Source: Hypanus sabinus (lineage: Eukaryota). Taken from it: a DNA stretch of 64,000 nt. Numbering within the stretch: the stretch's first letter is position 1; every line of letters starts with the position of its first letter. Shown in pieces: positions 50,901-62,700 of this stretch. The stretch covers positions 17,732,001-17,796,000 of the forward strand of contig NC_082734.1 of NCBI RefSeq assembly GCF_030144855.1. The letters run 5' to 3'. The notes beneath the pieces are model-generated. The model was not told the DNA's origin and did no database searches. It was given only the letters and a program-made list of their open reading frames with translations. The position numbers and the translations under genes are program-made.

Positions 50901-53900
50901 GACCTTATTTCACCTCTTTCTAAAGATGTAATTCCATCTCTTACCACCAGAGCCACACCATTGCCTATGCCTTCCTGCCTGTCCATTCAATACAAAGACT
51001 CCCAACTATGGCCTTCTTTCAGCCACGACTCAGTGATGCCCTCAACGTCATACTGACCAATTTCTAATCGTGCCACGAGTTCATCCACCTTATTCTGAAT
51101 GCTAAACACATTTAAATACAGCATCTTCTGTCTTGCATTCTTCGCCCTTTTGAATTTTGCCTCTGTGGTACAATTTAACTCTTTGCTCTGTCTGCACTTG
51201 TACCCAAACATTGGCTTCTCCTTCATGTATTACTTGTACAGGTCTACTTGTCAACTTGCTGGCTCATCCTCAGCTCTATCATCCTGGTTCCCACCACCCC
51301 ACCATATTAGTTTAAACTGCCCCCAACAGTTCTAATAAATCTGCCCACAGGAATATTGGTCCCCTATCGGATTCAAGTGCAGCCCGTGGGAGAGCCTCCG
51401 AGTGTTGGCTAGATTGCGTGTTCTCTGGGCATTGACTGTCTAGGGTGATATTGGGTCACTGAAGTGTCTCTGGATTAGTGGGGTGTCTCTGGGTGTTTAC
51501 TATCTGGGATGTCGAGTCTCCGAGCATTCATTTTCCATGGGTATTAGTTGTCAGGGGTATCTCAGGACCGCTGGCGGGGGTGCGCGGCACTGACCTGCGG
51601 ACGGGGGTCCGATCAGCACACCGATGGCCTCGATCAGCAGCAGCAGGCCGATGGCACTGGGGAAGTTGTGGGAGCCCACGATTGCCATGAGCACCTCGAA
51701 CTGCAGGGCGCCCACCATGCCATAGGAGACGCCGAAAAAGATACAGAAGGCGATGAGGCCGGGGTAGGTGGCCACTCTGGCACTCAGCACGTCTGTCAGC
51801 CCATTGCAGAGCATGGAGAAGCCGAAGAAATAGGCGATGCGTGGCCGGAGCAGGGGCAGGCCGGCCAGCAGCCCGCTCAGCGGCCGGGCGAAGATGTCGA
51901 TGAAGCCGATGATGGAGAGCAGGAAGGCGGCGTCCCTGTCTGCCACCCCCATGTCTTTGGCGTAGTTGACGATCATGATGGGCGGCACGAAGAGGCCCAG
52001 CACCATGATGAACTTGGCCACGGTGTAGATGACAAAACCGCGGTCCCGGAACACACTGAAGTCCAGCAGCTTGCGGCCCTGCTTGCCCTCTCCCTGCTGG
52101 GCACCCGCCTGCTCAGCCTTCCCCTTGCCCTTCTCTGGCGGCAGCATCTCCTTGGCCTCGGGCCGACCGTCACGCCGCGCCGTCAGGCTCTCTAGTGGCC
52201 GCATGACGGCTCCGCACATGCAGCAGTTGAGCAGCAGGCCGCCCATGATGAGGAAGGCGCCCCTCCAGCCGTAGGTGTCCTGCAGCAGCTGGCCGACCGG
52301 GGACAGGGCGCTCAGGAAGACTGGGCTGCCCGCCGCCGCCAGCCCGTTGGCCAGCGGCCTCCGCTTGTTGAAGTACCTGCCCAACATGATGAGGGAGGGC
52401 TGGAAGTTCAGGGCCAGGCCCAGACCTGGAGGGGCAAAGGAAAGGTCACCGCCATAAACCAACACCACTTCACAGGCATCCCCACACATACACATGGGCT
52501 ACAGGTGCCCTTCAAAGCTTTGCAGACGGCTGCAGTCTCCACAAACCCCGACACATTAATGCAGTCGCAAACGACTCACCACATCAGCTCTACTTGTCAG
52601 AAGTCTGAGGAGGTTTGGTACGTCACCACAGCCTTGCAACTTTCTGCCAGCATCCTGTGGAGAGCATACTGCCTGCTGTGGGGTCGCTAGAGACAGTAGA
52701 AGGCAGCAGAGCCAGCTCCACTGCAGACAAGATGCTCCCCACCCTCGAGGACATCCTTAAGAAGGCGACAAAGTCCATCTCCCAACCCCCCCCATCCTCA
52801 TCACATTCTACAGGGGTTGTATTGAGAGTGTCCTGAGCAGCTGCATCACTGACTGGTTCGGAAATTGCACCGTCTCGGATTGCAAGACCCTGCAGCGGAT
52901 AGTGAGGTCAGCTGAGAAGATCATCGGGGTCTCTCTTCCCACCGTTACAGACAATTACACCACATGCTGCATCCACAAAGCAAACAGCATTATGAAGGAT
53001 CCCACACACCCCTCATACAAACTCTCCTCCCTCCTGCCATCTGGCGAAAGGCACCGAAGCATTCGGGCTCTCACAACCAGACTATGTAACAGTTTCTTCC
53101 CCCAAGCTATCAGACTCCTCAATACCCAGAGCCTGGACTGACACCTTACCTATTGTCTTGTTTATTATTTATTGTAATGCCTGCACTGTTTTGTGCACTT
53201 TACACAGTCCTAGGTAGGTCTGTAGTCTAGTGTAGTTTTTGTGTTGTTTTATGTAACACCATGGTCCTGAAAAACATCTCATTTTTACTGTGTACTGTAC
53301 CAGCAGTTATGGTCGAAATGACAATAAAATGTGACTTGACTTGACTGAACTAGAAGGACTCTCAGCCTCCAGGATACACCCTCTTCTCATTACTACCATC
53401 GGGGAACAGGTACAGGAGCCTAAAGATTCAGAAACAACTGTCAGATATGAGGTTGAAACCCCGGCATCAGTGCCCGCAAACATTCAAGTCTCCTCAAATC
53501 ATCTGAGACGCAAGGGACTGCAGATGCTGGAACCGGGAACGACACCCAGACTGATGGAGGCGGGTCAGGCAGCGTCTGGAGGTGGAGACGTGCTCGATGT
53601 TCGGGTTTGAGGTCCTGCGCCAGGACTGAAGGTGTTGGAGGGCAGGTGGCCAGTACAGAGGGGTGGAGGAGAGGGTTGAGCCAGGGTCTGGCAGGTGATA
53701 GGGGAACAAGGGGCAGGTGGAAGGGGGGGTGGTAGTGGTGGAGCTGGGAGACAGAGGTTGGCGGGTGACAGTGGAGACAGATAAAGAAGGACTGAGAGGC
53801 AGATAAGATCAGGTGGGGAAGGGGAAAAAAATCAAGAAAGATGGGAGACTGGGTGAAGTGGGGGTTTGGGAGAACCTGGATGGATCAGGTGGAGAGAGGA

Positions 53901-56900
53901 AGGAACACAGGGGGGAGTGGTTGACCTGAAATTGGAAAATTCAATGTTTCATGCTGTTGGGTTGCTGACTACCCAGGCGGAATATGAGCTGTTTTTCCTC
54001 TATCCTGCACTTTGCCTCACCCTGGCCGTGGACAGACAGGCTGGTGTGGGAATGGGGAAGGAAATGAAATTGCTGGTTCTCTCTCCTTGCCGTCTCCTTA
54101 TTCCTCCCCCTCTCTGCCCCTCATTGGGAACTTGCCATTAAATGGGGGCTTTTCTCGTTTGCCTAAGTATCTTGTCTCAGAGGGGGATGTGTGTGTCTGT
54201 GTATGGGGGTGGGGGAGGAAACAGGGATTCTATAGAAAATGGCAGATGGAACTTAATGCAGACAAATGTGAGGTGTTGCACTTTGGGAGGACAAACCAGG
54301 GTAGGACTTACAGAGTGAATGGTGGGGCTTAAGGATCCATAATTTCTTCAAAGTGGCTTCACAGGTAGAGAGGGTCATAAAGAGAGCTTTTGGCATGTTG
54401 GCCTTCATAAATTGAAGTACCGAGTACAGGAGATGGGATGTTGTAGGCCTCCATTAGTCTTGATAGACCATGGATTTGCACCTTGGAAAGTTTCCAGGGC
54501 GCAAGCCTGGGCAAGGTTTTTTTTATGGAAGACTGGCAGTTGCCGAAGCTGCAAGTCTCCCCTCTCCACGCCACCGATGTTGTCCAGGGCACAAGGACCC
54601 ATACAGCTTGGCACCGGTGACGTTGCAGAGCAATGCGTGGTTAAGTGCTTTGCTCAAGGACACACACGCAGCCTCAGCCAAGGCTCGAACTAGCTACCTT
54701 CAGATCACTGGACCAATGCCTTAACCACTTGGTCATGTGCCAACACAGATGGGATGTTTCGTTGAAGTTGTACAAGACATTGGTGAGGCCTAATTTGGAA
54801 TATTGTGTGCAGTTCTGGTTACCTACCAACAGGAAAGATGTTAGTAAGATTGAAAGAGTGCAGAGAAAATTTAAGAGGATGTTGCCATAACTTGAGGACC
54901 TGAATTATGGGGAAAGATTGAAAAAGGTTAGGACTTTATTCCCTAGAGCATAGGAGAAAGAGAGGAGATTTGAAAGAGGTATACAAAATTATGAAGGGCA
55001 TAGACAGAGGTTTGGTGAGACTAGAATGAGAGGTCATGGGTTAAGAGTGAAATGTTTAAGGGGAACATGAGGGGAAACATCCTCATTCAGAGGGTGATGA
55101 GAGTGTGGAACGAGCTGCCAGCAGAAGTGGCGGATGTGATTTTGGTTTCAACATTTAAGAGAAGTTTGGATAGGTACATGGATGGGAGAGGTATGGAGGG
55201 TTATGGTCAGGTGCAGGTAAATGGAATGAGGCTAAATAATAGTTTGGCACAGACTAGATGGGCCGAACAGTCTGTTTCTGGTTTAGTGATCTATGGCTGT
55301 AGATGGAACCTGTTCTCTCCCACCTTCCCAAAACTGGCCCTGCAGGAGAGGCCAGAGCGGATAGTCAGAATTGCACTCACAGGCTCCCCGGACTCCATTC
55401 CCTGACCCTGGCCCTGATCCAGTGGCCTGTTTGACCCCTGTGATGAATTTCCATCCACATACCAGAAACATCTCCCTCTTTCCCTCAGCCTCTCCCCACT
55501 GCTGAAGGCCCCAACAATACCTGTCTCACTCTAGGCACACTGGTTCCCTTCACCAAGTTAAACTGCAGCCTCCGTGACCAAACGCAGCATAGCCTCTTGT
55601 TAAAACTTTTGTCCAGTGTTTTCATTCCCCTTATTGGCCTCAGCCCTCGCTGTCTCTGTAACCTCCAGCTTCACCTCCCTCCGAGATCTGCACACTGCTA
55701 CATTCTGGTCTTCTGCCAAGGTCCCAAGTCCCTTCCCTGCAGTCTCTAGAAGGTTCTTCAAGGTCTGACTCTGACCAGGTCTATAGACAGTTCCTGTGAC
55801 ACCTTCTATGTTCAATTAGCTTTGAAAAACACCCTTTGTGATTTTGCCAGGTGAAATACTGCCTGTTGGTGCTGTTGGAGGAGTGGGGAGGGGTGTGGTA
55901 TTCATCAGCTCAAGGGGCAGGGATGTTCACAAGCTTCGTAGGCTGTAACTTTGAAGAAGGCACTGCCAAGAGAAGAGGAACATGTTGGTTGAAGATCAGA
56001 CTGGAGCTGTGAGGAAGGGGGAAAAGACTTGGTAAGCGACAGTACAGGAGCTTGGAGGGAAGGCAGATTGGAAAAAGAGTTAAGGGTGACATTCAGCAGC
56101 AGCTTCTGAGGGCCAAGAGATGGTGACAATGTTGAAGGGAGGTCTACCCAAGAAGACCACATTCAGAATCAGGTTTAATATCCCTGGCATAAATCATGAA
56201 ACCTGTTATATTTGCAGCAGCAGTACAATACAATACATAATGATAGAATGAAATGCAGTATATATATATATAGTTTAATTAAAGAAGTAGTGCAAAAAAT
56301 AGAAATAAAAAAATAGTGAGGTAGTGTTCATGGGTTCAATGTCCATTCAGACATCGGATGGCAGAGGGAAGAAACTGTTCCTGAATCATCGAGTGTGTGC
56401 CTTCAGGCTTCTGTACCTCCTTCCTGACGGTTGCAATGAGAAGAGGGTGGTTGGGGTCCTTAATGATGGACACTGCCTTTCTGAGGCACTGCTCATTGAA
56501 GATGTCCTAGGTACAGTGGAGGACAGTACCCATGATGGAGCTGACAGTTTACAACTCTCTGCAGCTTGTTTCAATGCTGTGCAGTAGCTCTGTCTCCCCA
56601 TACTAGATGGTGATGTGGCCAGTCAGAATTTGCAAGTGTTTTTGGTGACATGCCAAATCCCCGCAAGCTCCTAATGAAATAAAGCCACTTCAACACGTAC
56701 AAACACGCTGGAGGAACTCAGCAGGTCGGGCAGCATCCGTTGAAAGGAGCAGTCAACGTTTCGGGCCGAGACCCTTCGTCAGGACTGAAGGAGGAGGGGG
56801 CAGGGGCCATATAAGGAAGGTGGGGGGAGGGGGGAAAGGTGCCAGGTGAGAAACCAATCAGAGGAAAGATCAAGGGGTGAGGGAGGGGAAGCAGGGAGGG

Positions 56901-59900
56901 GATAGGCAGGAAAGGTGAAGAAGGAATGTAAGGGGAAAGCATTATGGGTAGTAGAAGAAGGCAGAATCATGAGAGAGGTGGTAGGCAGCTGGAAGAGGAG
57001 GCAGAGTGAAAGTGGGATGGGGGAAGGGAGAGGGAGGGAATTACCGGAAGTTGGAGAATTCGATGTTCATACCAAGGGGCTGGAGACTATCCAGACGGTG
57101 TATGAGGTATATCAGGCTCCTCGAACCCGAGTTTGGCCTCATCATGGCAGTGGAGGAGGCCATGTATGGACATATCCGAATGGGAACGTGAAGCAGAGTT
57201 GAAGTGTGTGGCAACCGGGAGATCCTGTCTGTTGTGGCGGACGGAGTGGAGGTGCTTGACGAAGCGGTCCCCCAATCTGAGTCGGGTCTCACCGATGTAG
57301 AGGAGGCCACACTGGGAGCACCGGATGCAATAGATTACCCCAACAGACTCACAAGTGAAGTGTTGCCTCACCTGGAAGGACTGCTTGAGGCCCTGAATGG
57401 TGGTAAGAGAGGAGATGTAGGGACAGGTGTAGCACTTACTCTTGCAGGGATAAGTACCAGGTGGGAGATCTGTGGGGAGGGACGTGTGGACCAGGCAGTC
57501 GCGGAGGGAACGATCCCTGCGAAAAGCAGACAGGGAAAGATGTCCTTAGTGGTGGGGTCCTGTTGAAGGTGGCGGAAGTTGCGGAGGATAATATGCAGGA
57601 TCTGGAGGCTGGTGGGGTGGTAGGTGAGGCCACAGCATCTGCAGTGTACTTTGTGTGAAATATAGCCACTGTCTTGCCTACTTTATAGCTGCATTGATAC
57701 GTTGAGACCAGGTTAGATCCTCAGAGATGTTGACACCCAGGAACTTGAAATTGCTCACTCTGATCTGAACTCGCGCAGCTGCTGACTGGTTGGGACTGTT
57801 ACACCTGTGCCCCACTCCTTTTTGAGAATCGCAAGATCGCTATTAAGTCAGGGCAGGAGACCCAGGAAATGAGACAGAGACATTTGGAATGTTCTGGCCC
57901 CCAGTGATACAAAGCCACGGAATTGTCTCTTAGAGACGGAATTGTGTATTGAGTACTATGCTTCGCGGAAGCCCTCAGGCACCGTGGGCTGGTTGGGGGG
58001 GATGACATCATTCCACCCTGAGTGACATCTGAGACCCCGTGAGTGGGGATAAAAGAGGGTCTGGGGAACAGCCCCTTTAGACGCACCAGAAGAAACGCTA
58101 GAACTCCTGTAACAGCGTAATAGCGAAAGCCCACGTGCGTCCTTTTCCATTTGCCTCGGAATTGTTGGGTCTTGCCACGGAAGAACGGCTTTAGCTAACA
58201 CAAAGGAGCAATCAGCCCCCACCGACTCTCGCAGGATTGACATCATAAAAGGAATGGGCAAGTTTAAACTCTCTCTCTTGACTCCAACCAAAGGCTGCAG
58301 CCTGCAGTTTGAGTGAACTTGAGTGACTTTTATATTTCCATCGGACAATACATTATCCCCTAGACAACAATAGAGCTATTTCTTATTGATGATTATTATA
58401 CCCGCGCTTTTAGATTTAGTATTGATGACATATATTATCTGTATGTTTGCACTGATATTATTTTTGTGTATTTCATCAATAAATACTGTTAAAAATAGTA
58501 CCATCAGACTTCAACGGACCTCTCTATCTTTGCTGGTAAGTGACCCAGTTACGGGATACGTAACAGGACAGACCCTTGGGGACGAGCCAAGCTTTAGTGG
58601 ATGGCTATCACAGAGGGACTATTCCTCCTGTCAGTTGGTGGTGTGTGGGGACAAGTACCAAACAGCATTTCTTTGGGCTGTCACCCACCTGTAAGCACTC
58701 CAGCCGACAGGTAGAGCTGTGTGATGTTGATGGAGAAGGAGGCGATGATCATTCCAGACGAGGCCAGCAAACCGCCCACCAGCATCACCGGCCGGCAGCC
58801 GAATCGGTTCACCGTGATACTGCAGAGGGGCCCTGAGACAGAGATCAGAGGAGTCAGCTCACAGTCCGAGCACCCACTGGGAACCTTCAGCAAGCCTGAC
58901 ACTCTGACCAATCCACCGGGATTTAACGGGGAACTGAGAACCCAGGCTTAATCGGTAACAACTCCACGGTGGACACATTTCAGAGTGGGGTGAGAGGTGG
59001 GTTAAAGAGACCTCATTCTCCCACTCAAATGGGAAATGGCTGGAGTACAGAGTGGGTCAGGGAGAGCAAAACAGTCGACGTTCAGATCAGCGCGATTTCA
59101 TCAGGTCTGAGCATTTGCGAGGCAGTGAGAAGGTTTAGAGGTGGAAACCGTGTCGTGTATTTTAAGTATCTCAAACTCATATCGGTCTGGTTACTGACAC
59201 TACAGTCATTGGAACCACCACCATTATTGACATTAACAAGATCTTCAGGAATTTGGACCCTCTTCACCTTTCCTGCTCCAAGGAGACCTTCCCAGAATTC
59301 CTCATGTCTCTGCATAACCTCACGGTAGGGAGCATCCAGCATCACTTTGCACCAGTTTTACTCTCTGGGGGTCGGGTGACAAAGTAGGGGTGCTGGGAGT
59401 GAGGGAGGGGGTAAGGGGAAATGGATGTGGGTTTGGGGTGAGGATGAGGATAGGAAGTGGGTGGGGTTGAGGCTAGATGCAAGGGTGTGGGTGGTAGGGA
59501 GGGAGAGGATGAGTATGAGGGGTTGGTGGAGGGAAGTGTGGTTGGGTGTGGGGTGAGGGTGGGGATGAAAGTGGACTTGGGTGACGATGAGAGTGAGGGT
59601 GGGATGAGCGTGCAGATGCGGGTAGGGGAGGGACGGTGTGCAGATGGGGTGGAGGTGAGAGAGAGAGTTGGATGAAGATTGGTGTGAGAATGGGGTCAAG
59701 TGAGGATTGGAGTGGGGGTTGAGGTTTGGTGTGAGGGAGGGGTTGGGTGAGAGAGAACTCTGTGAGGGTTGGTGTGTGAGGGTGAAGGTGAGGATTGGTG
59801 TGTGGGGATTGAGGGTGAGGGTTGGTGTGTGGGGGAGGTTGAGGTGAGGGTTGGTGTGTGGGGACTGACGGTGAGGATTGGTGTGTGGGGGAGGGGGAGG

Positions 59901-62096
59901 GTTAGTGTGAGGGGGAGGTTGAGGTGAGGGTTGGTGTGTGGGGACTGACGGTGAGGATTGGTGTGAGGGGGAGGTTGAGGGTTGGTGTGTGGGGATTGAG
60001 GGTGAGGGTTGGTGTGTGGGGGAGGTTGAGGTGAGGGTTGGTGTGTGGGGACTGACGGTGAGGATTGGTGTGTGGGGGAGGGGGAGGGTTAGTGTGAGGG
60101 GGAGGTTGAGGTGAGGGTTGGTGTGTGGGGACTGACGGTGAGGATTGGTGTGAGGGGGAGGTTGAGGGTTGGTGTGTGGGGACTGAGGGTGAGGGTTGGT
60201 GTGAAGGGGAGGTTGAGGTGAGGGTTGGTGTGTGGGGACTGACGGTGAGGATTGGTGTGTGGGGGAGGGGGAGGGTTAGTGTGAGGGGGAGGTTGAGGTG
60301 AGGGTTGGTGTGTGGGGACTGACGGTGAGGATTGGTGTGAGGGGGAGGTTGAGGGTTGGTGTGAGGGGGAGGTTGAGGGTTGGTGTGAGGGGGAGGTTGA
60401 GGGTGAGGGTTGGTGTGGGGGAGGTTGAGGGTGAGGGTTGGTGTGGGGGAGGTTGAGGGTGAGGGTTGGTGTGAGGGGGAGGTTGAGGGTGAGGGTTGGT
60501 GTGAGGGGGAGGTTGAGGGTTGGTGTGAGGGGGAGGTTGAGGGTTGGTGTGAGGGGGAGGTTGAGGGTTGGTGTGAGGGGGAGGTTGAGGGTTGGTGTGA
60601 GGGGGAGGTTGAGGGTTGGTGTGAGGGGGAGGTTGAGGGTGAGGGTTGGTGTGTGGGGGAGGGTGAGGGTGAGGGTTGGTGTGTGGGGGAGGTTGAGGGT
60701 GAGGGTTGGTGTGAGGGGGAGGTTGAGGGTGAGGGTTGGTGTGAGGGGGAGGTTGAGGGTGAGGGTTGGTGTGTGGGGGAGGTTGAGGGTGAGGGTTGGT
60801 GTGTGGGGGAGGTTGAGGGTGAGGGTTGGTGTGAGGGGGAGGTTGAGGGTGAGGGTTGGTGTGAGGGGGAGGTTGAGGGTGAGGGTTGGTGTGTGGGGGA
60901 GGTTGAGGGTGAGGGTTGCTGTGAGGGGGAGGTTGAGGGTTGGTGTGAGGGGGAGGTTGAGGGTGAGGGTTGGTGTGTGGGGGAGGGTGAGGGTTGCTGT
61001 GAGGGTGAGGATTGGTGTGAGGGGGAGGTTGAGGGTGAGGGTTGGTGTGTGGGGGAGGGTGAGGGTTGCTGTGAGGGGGAGGTTGAGGGTGAGGGTTGGT
61101 GTGAGGGGGAGGGTGAGGGTTGGTGTGAGGGGGAGGTTGAGGGTGAGGGTTGGTGTGAGGGGGAGGGTGAGGGTTGCTGTGAGGGGGAGGTTGAGGGTGA
61201 GGGTTGGTGTGAGGGGGAGGGTGAGGGTTGGTGTGAGGGGGAGGTTGAGGGTTGGTGTGAGGGGGAGGTTGAGGGTGAGGGTTGGTGTGTGGGGGAGGTT
61301 GAGGGTGAGGGTTGCTGTGAGGGGGAGGTTGAGGGTTGGTGTGAGGGGGAGGTTGAGGGTTGGTGTGGGGGAGGTTGAGGGTTGGTGTGAGGGGGAGGTT
61401 GAGGGTTGGTGTGAGGGGGAGGTTGAGGGTTGGTGTGAGGGGGAGGTTGAGGGTTGGTGTGAGGGGGAGGTTGAGGGTGAGGGTTGGTGTGAGGGGGAGG
61501 TTGAGGGTTGCTGTGAGGGGGAGGTTGAGGGTTGGTGTGAGGGGGAGGTTGAGGGTTGGTGTGAGGGGGAGGTTGAGGGTGAGGGTTGGTATGTGGGGGA
61601 GGTTGAGGGTTGGTGTGAGGGGGAGGTTGAGGGTTGGTGTGAGGGGGAGGTTGAGGGTTGGTGTGAGGGGGAGGTTGAGGGTTGGTGTGAGGGGGAGGTT
61701 GAGGGTTGGTGTGAGGGGGAGGTTGAGGGTGAGGGTTGGTGTGTGGGGGAGGTTGAGGGTTGGTGTGTGGGGGAGGGGGAGGGTTGCTGTGAGGGGGAGG
61801 TTGAGGGTGAGGATTGGTGCGTGAGGGTGAGGGTGGGGGTGGGTGCTCGGGGGTAGTGCTGGGCTCCATGACCCACCTGTGCCGTAGAGCATGGCGAGGA
61901 TAATAGACGAGATCCAGGCGGTGTCACTGTAGCCGATGTGGAAATCGTGCATCAGCTCTTTGAAGTAGACACTGACGGCCTTGGGGAAAGCGTAGGAGAA
62001 GCCGGTGACCACGAAGCAGCCAGCCAACACCATCCAGCCCCACCCTCCATCAGGGGGGTCGCCTGTTTGTGCGAGCCTGCGGCCTGGGTTACCCAT
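47513..62096 (-). CDS. SLC16A8: Monocarboxylate transporter 3 (MCT3), 4 coding exons, 1593 nt / 530 aa
   Basis: Minus-strand exons 62096-61877, 58832-58689, 52425-51595, 47910-47513; GT-AG junctions, all phase 1. MCT motifs [52 protein letters not shown] and the tail-to-tail position with PICK1 favour SLC16A8 over SLC16A3. An acceptor at 62115-62116 implies an upstream UTR exon. Confidence 0.9.
47995..48350. repeat. (GT)n microsatellite plus GT-rich low-complexity tract
   Basis: Pure TG run at 47995-48020 followed by a degenerate TG-rich sequence. Confidence 0.85.
48505..51387 (-). mobile_element. CR1 LINE (second subfamily), decayed, in SLC16A8 intron 3
   Basis: Minus-strand fragments [44 protein letters not shown]; CR1-type 3' UTR. 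Confidence 0.9.
51595..52425 (-). CDS. SLC16A8: SLC16A8 coding exon 3 ([11 protein letters not shown]...IGPPSA)
   Basis: ctccag| ... |gtcagt; 831 nt; encodes most of the TM helices. Confidence 0.97.
52800..53346 (+). mobile_element. Rex1/Babar LINE 3' end (other fragments at about 6370-6630, 8290-8640, 10200-10460, 18745-19150, 56160-57770, 63135-63800)
   Basis: [47 protein letters not shown]; (GACTT)n tail. Confidence 0.8.
54232..55295 (+). mobile_element. CR1 3' fragment interrupted by a SINE
   Basis: [17 protein letters not shown] ... [17 protein letters not shown] ... 3' UTR. Confidence 0.85.
54443..54746 (-). mobile_element. Second copy of the same SINE, inserted into CR1 RT sequence
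   Basis: Colinear with 25190-25505; 12-bp TSD AGATGGGATGTT at 54431-54442 and 54747-54758. Confidence 0.9.
56690..57655 (-). mobile_element. Penelope-like element (GIY-YIG endonuclease C-terminus plus pseudo-LTR), nested in a Rex/Babar fragment
   Basis: [25 protein letters not shown]...RFVKH...PVATHFN; 15-bp TSD TGAAATA(A/T)AGCCACT at 56675-56689 and 57656-57670. Confidence 0.9.
56750..56787 (-). ncRNA. Minimal type I hammerhead ribozyme in the Penelope pseudo-LTR
   Basis: Minus strand reads CAGUC CUGACGA A GGG UCUCGG CCC GAAA CG UU GACUG: stem I CAGUC/GACUG, CUGANGA and GAAA cores, stem II GGG/CCC, palindromic ACGU stem III. Confidence 0.72.
57797..58565 (+). mobile_element. Solo LTR (769 bp, Gypsy-like)
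   Basis: TGTTAC...GTAACA inverted termini; exact 4-bp TSD GGAC (57793-57796 / 58566-58569); GATAAAAG 58048-58055; AATAAA 58478-58483. Confidence 0.88.
58689..58832 (-). CDS. SLC16A8: SLC16A8 coding exon 2 ([15 protein letters not shown]...AGVLT)
   Basis: tctcag| ... |gtgggt; 144 nt. Confidence 0.95.
59700..61845. repeat. G-rich TGAGGG-based minisatellite array, about 2.1 kb, in SLC16A8 intron 1
   Basis: 24/30-bp units GGGGGAGGTT(GAGGGT)GAGGGTTGGTGTG(A/T); 187-bp higher-order period in the left part (GTTAG at 59901, 60088, 60275). Confidence 0.97.
61877..62096 (-). CDS. SLC16A8: SLC16A8 coding exon 1 (MGNPGRR...PPDGGWGW...MLYGT)
   Basis: aggATGG start context; donor G|gtgggt. Confidence 0.93.
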
Positions 62097-62174
62097 CCTG
62101 AGGCCAGTCAGCGGCTGTGAGAGACGAACAGAATGTGACCCCAGGAAAACAGTGACGATCGGCAGACCCAGTAT

Positions 62175-62700
62175 CACCCTCAGCCTGAACACCCCACCAC
62201 CCAAACATACCTCACCTTCACTCTAAACACCCAGACCCTCAAAATCTACCTCAGCTTAATCCTCAACATTCCTCACCTTCATCCTGAACATTCCCCCCCC
62301 AAACACACATCACCTTCACCCTAAACACAACCCCCTAAACACAACTCACCTTCATCCTAAACACTCCAACCCTCAAACATGAGACCTTCACCCTAAACAC
62401 CTACAACCCCTGAAATCTACCTCAACTTAATCCTCAACACTCCTCACCTTCATCCTGAACATTCCCCCCCCAAACACACGTCACCTTCACCCTAAACACC
62501 ACAACCCAACACGTGTCACCTGCATGCTAAACACACCTCAACTTCATCCTAAACACATCCACCCCCAAACACACCTCAATTTTATCGTAAACACATCCAC
62601 CCCCAAACACTCATCACCTTCACCCTAAACACCCACAACCCTCAAAACACACCTCACTTCATCCTAAACACCACAACTCCCAAACACATCTCACCCTTAC
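62175..62700. repeat. C/A-rich degenerate repeat upstream of SLC16A8 coding exon 1
   Basis: CACCTTCA(C/T)CCTAAACAC units, with a larger duplication about 172 bp apart (62241 and 62413). Confidence 0.75.

Noticed and set aside
51548-52195. 215-aa plus-strand ORF
   Set aside because: It is the antisense shadow of GC3-rich SLC16A8 exon 3.
59700-61845. True interstitial telomere or chromosome-fusion scar
   Set aside because: There is no tandem TTAGGG run and no head-to-head inversion, only TGAGGG variants inside longer units.
47513-62096. SLC16A3 (MCT4) assignment
   Set aside because: FLSALSP, the YFKELM..F..GYSDTAW N-terminal segment and convergent adjacency to PICK1 fit SLC16A8 better. A phylogeny would settle it.
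59902-62204. Long ORFs of 322-655 aa on both strands (Pro/His/Thr-rich; Gly/Arg/Val-rich)
   Set aside because: They come from a stop-free minisatellite open in several frames at once. Only 61877-62096 is a real exon, bounded by a canonical donor.
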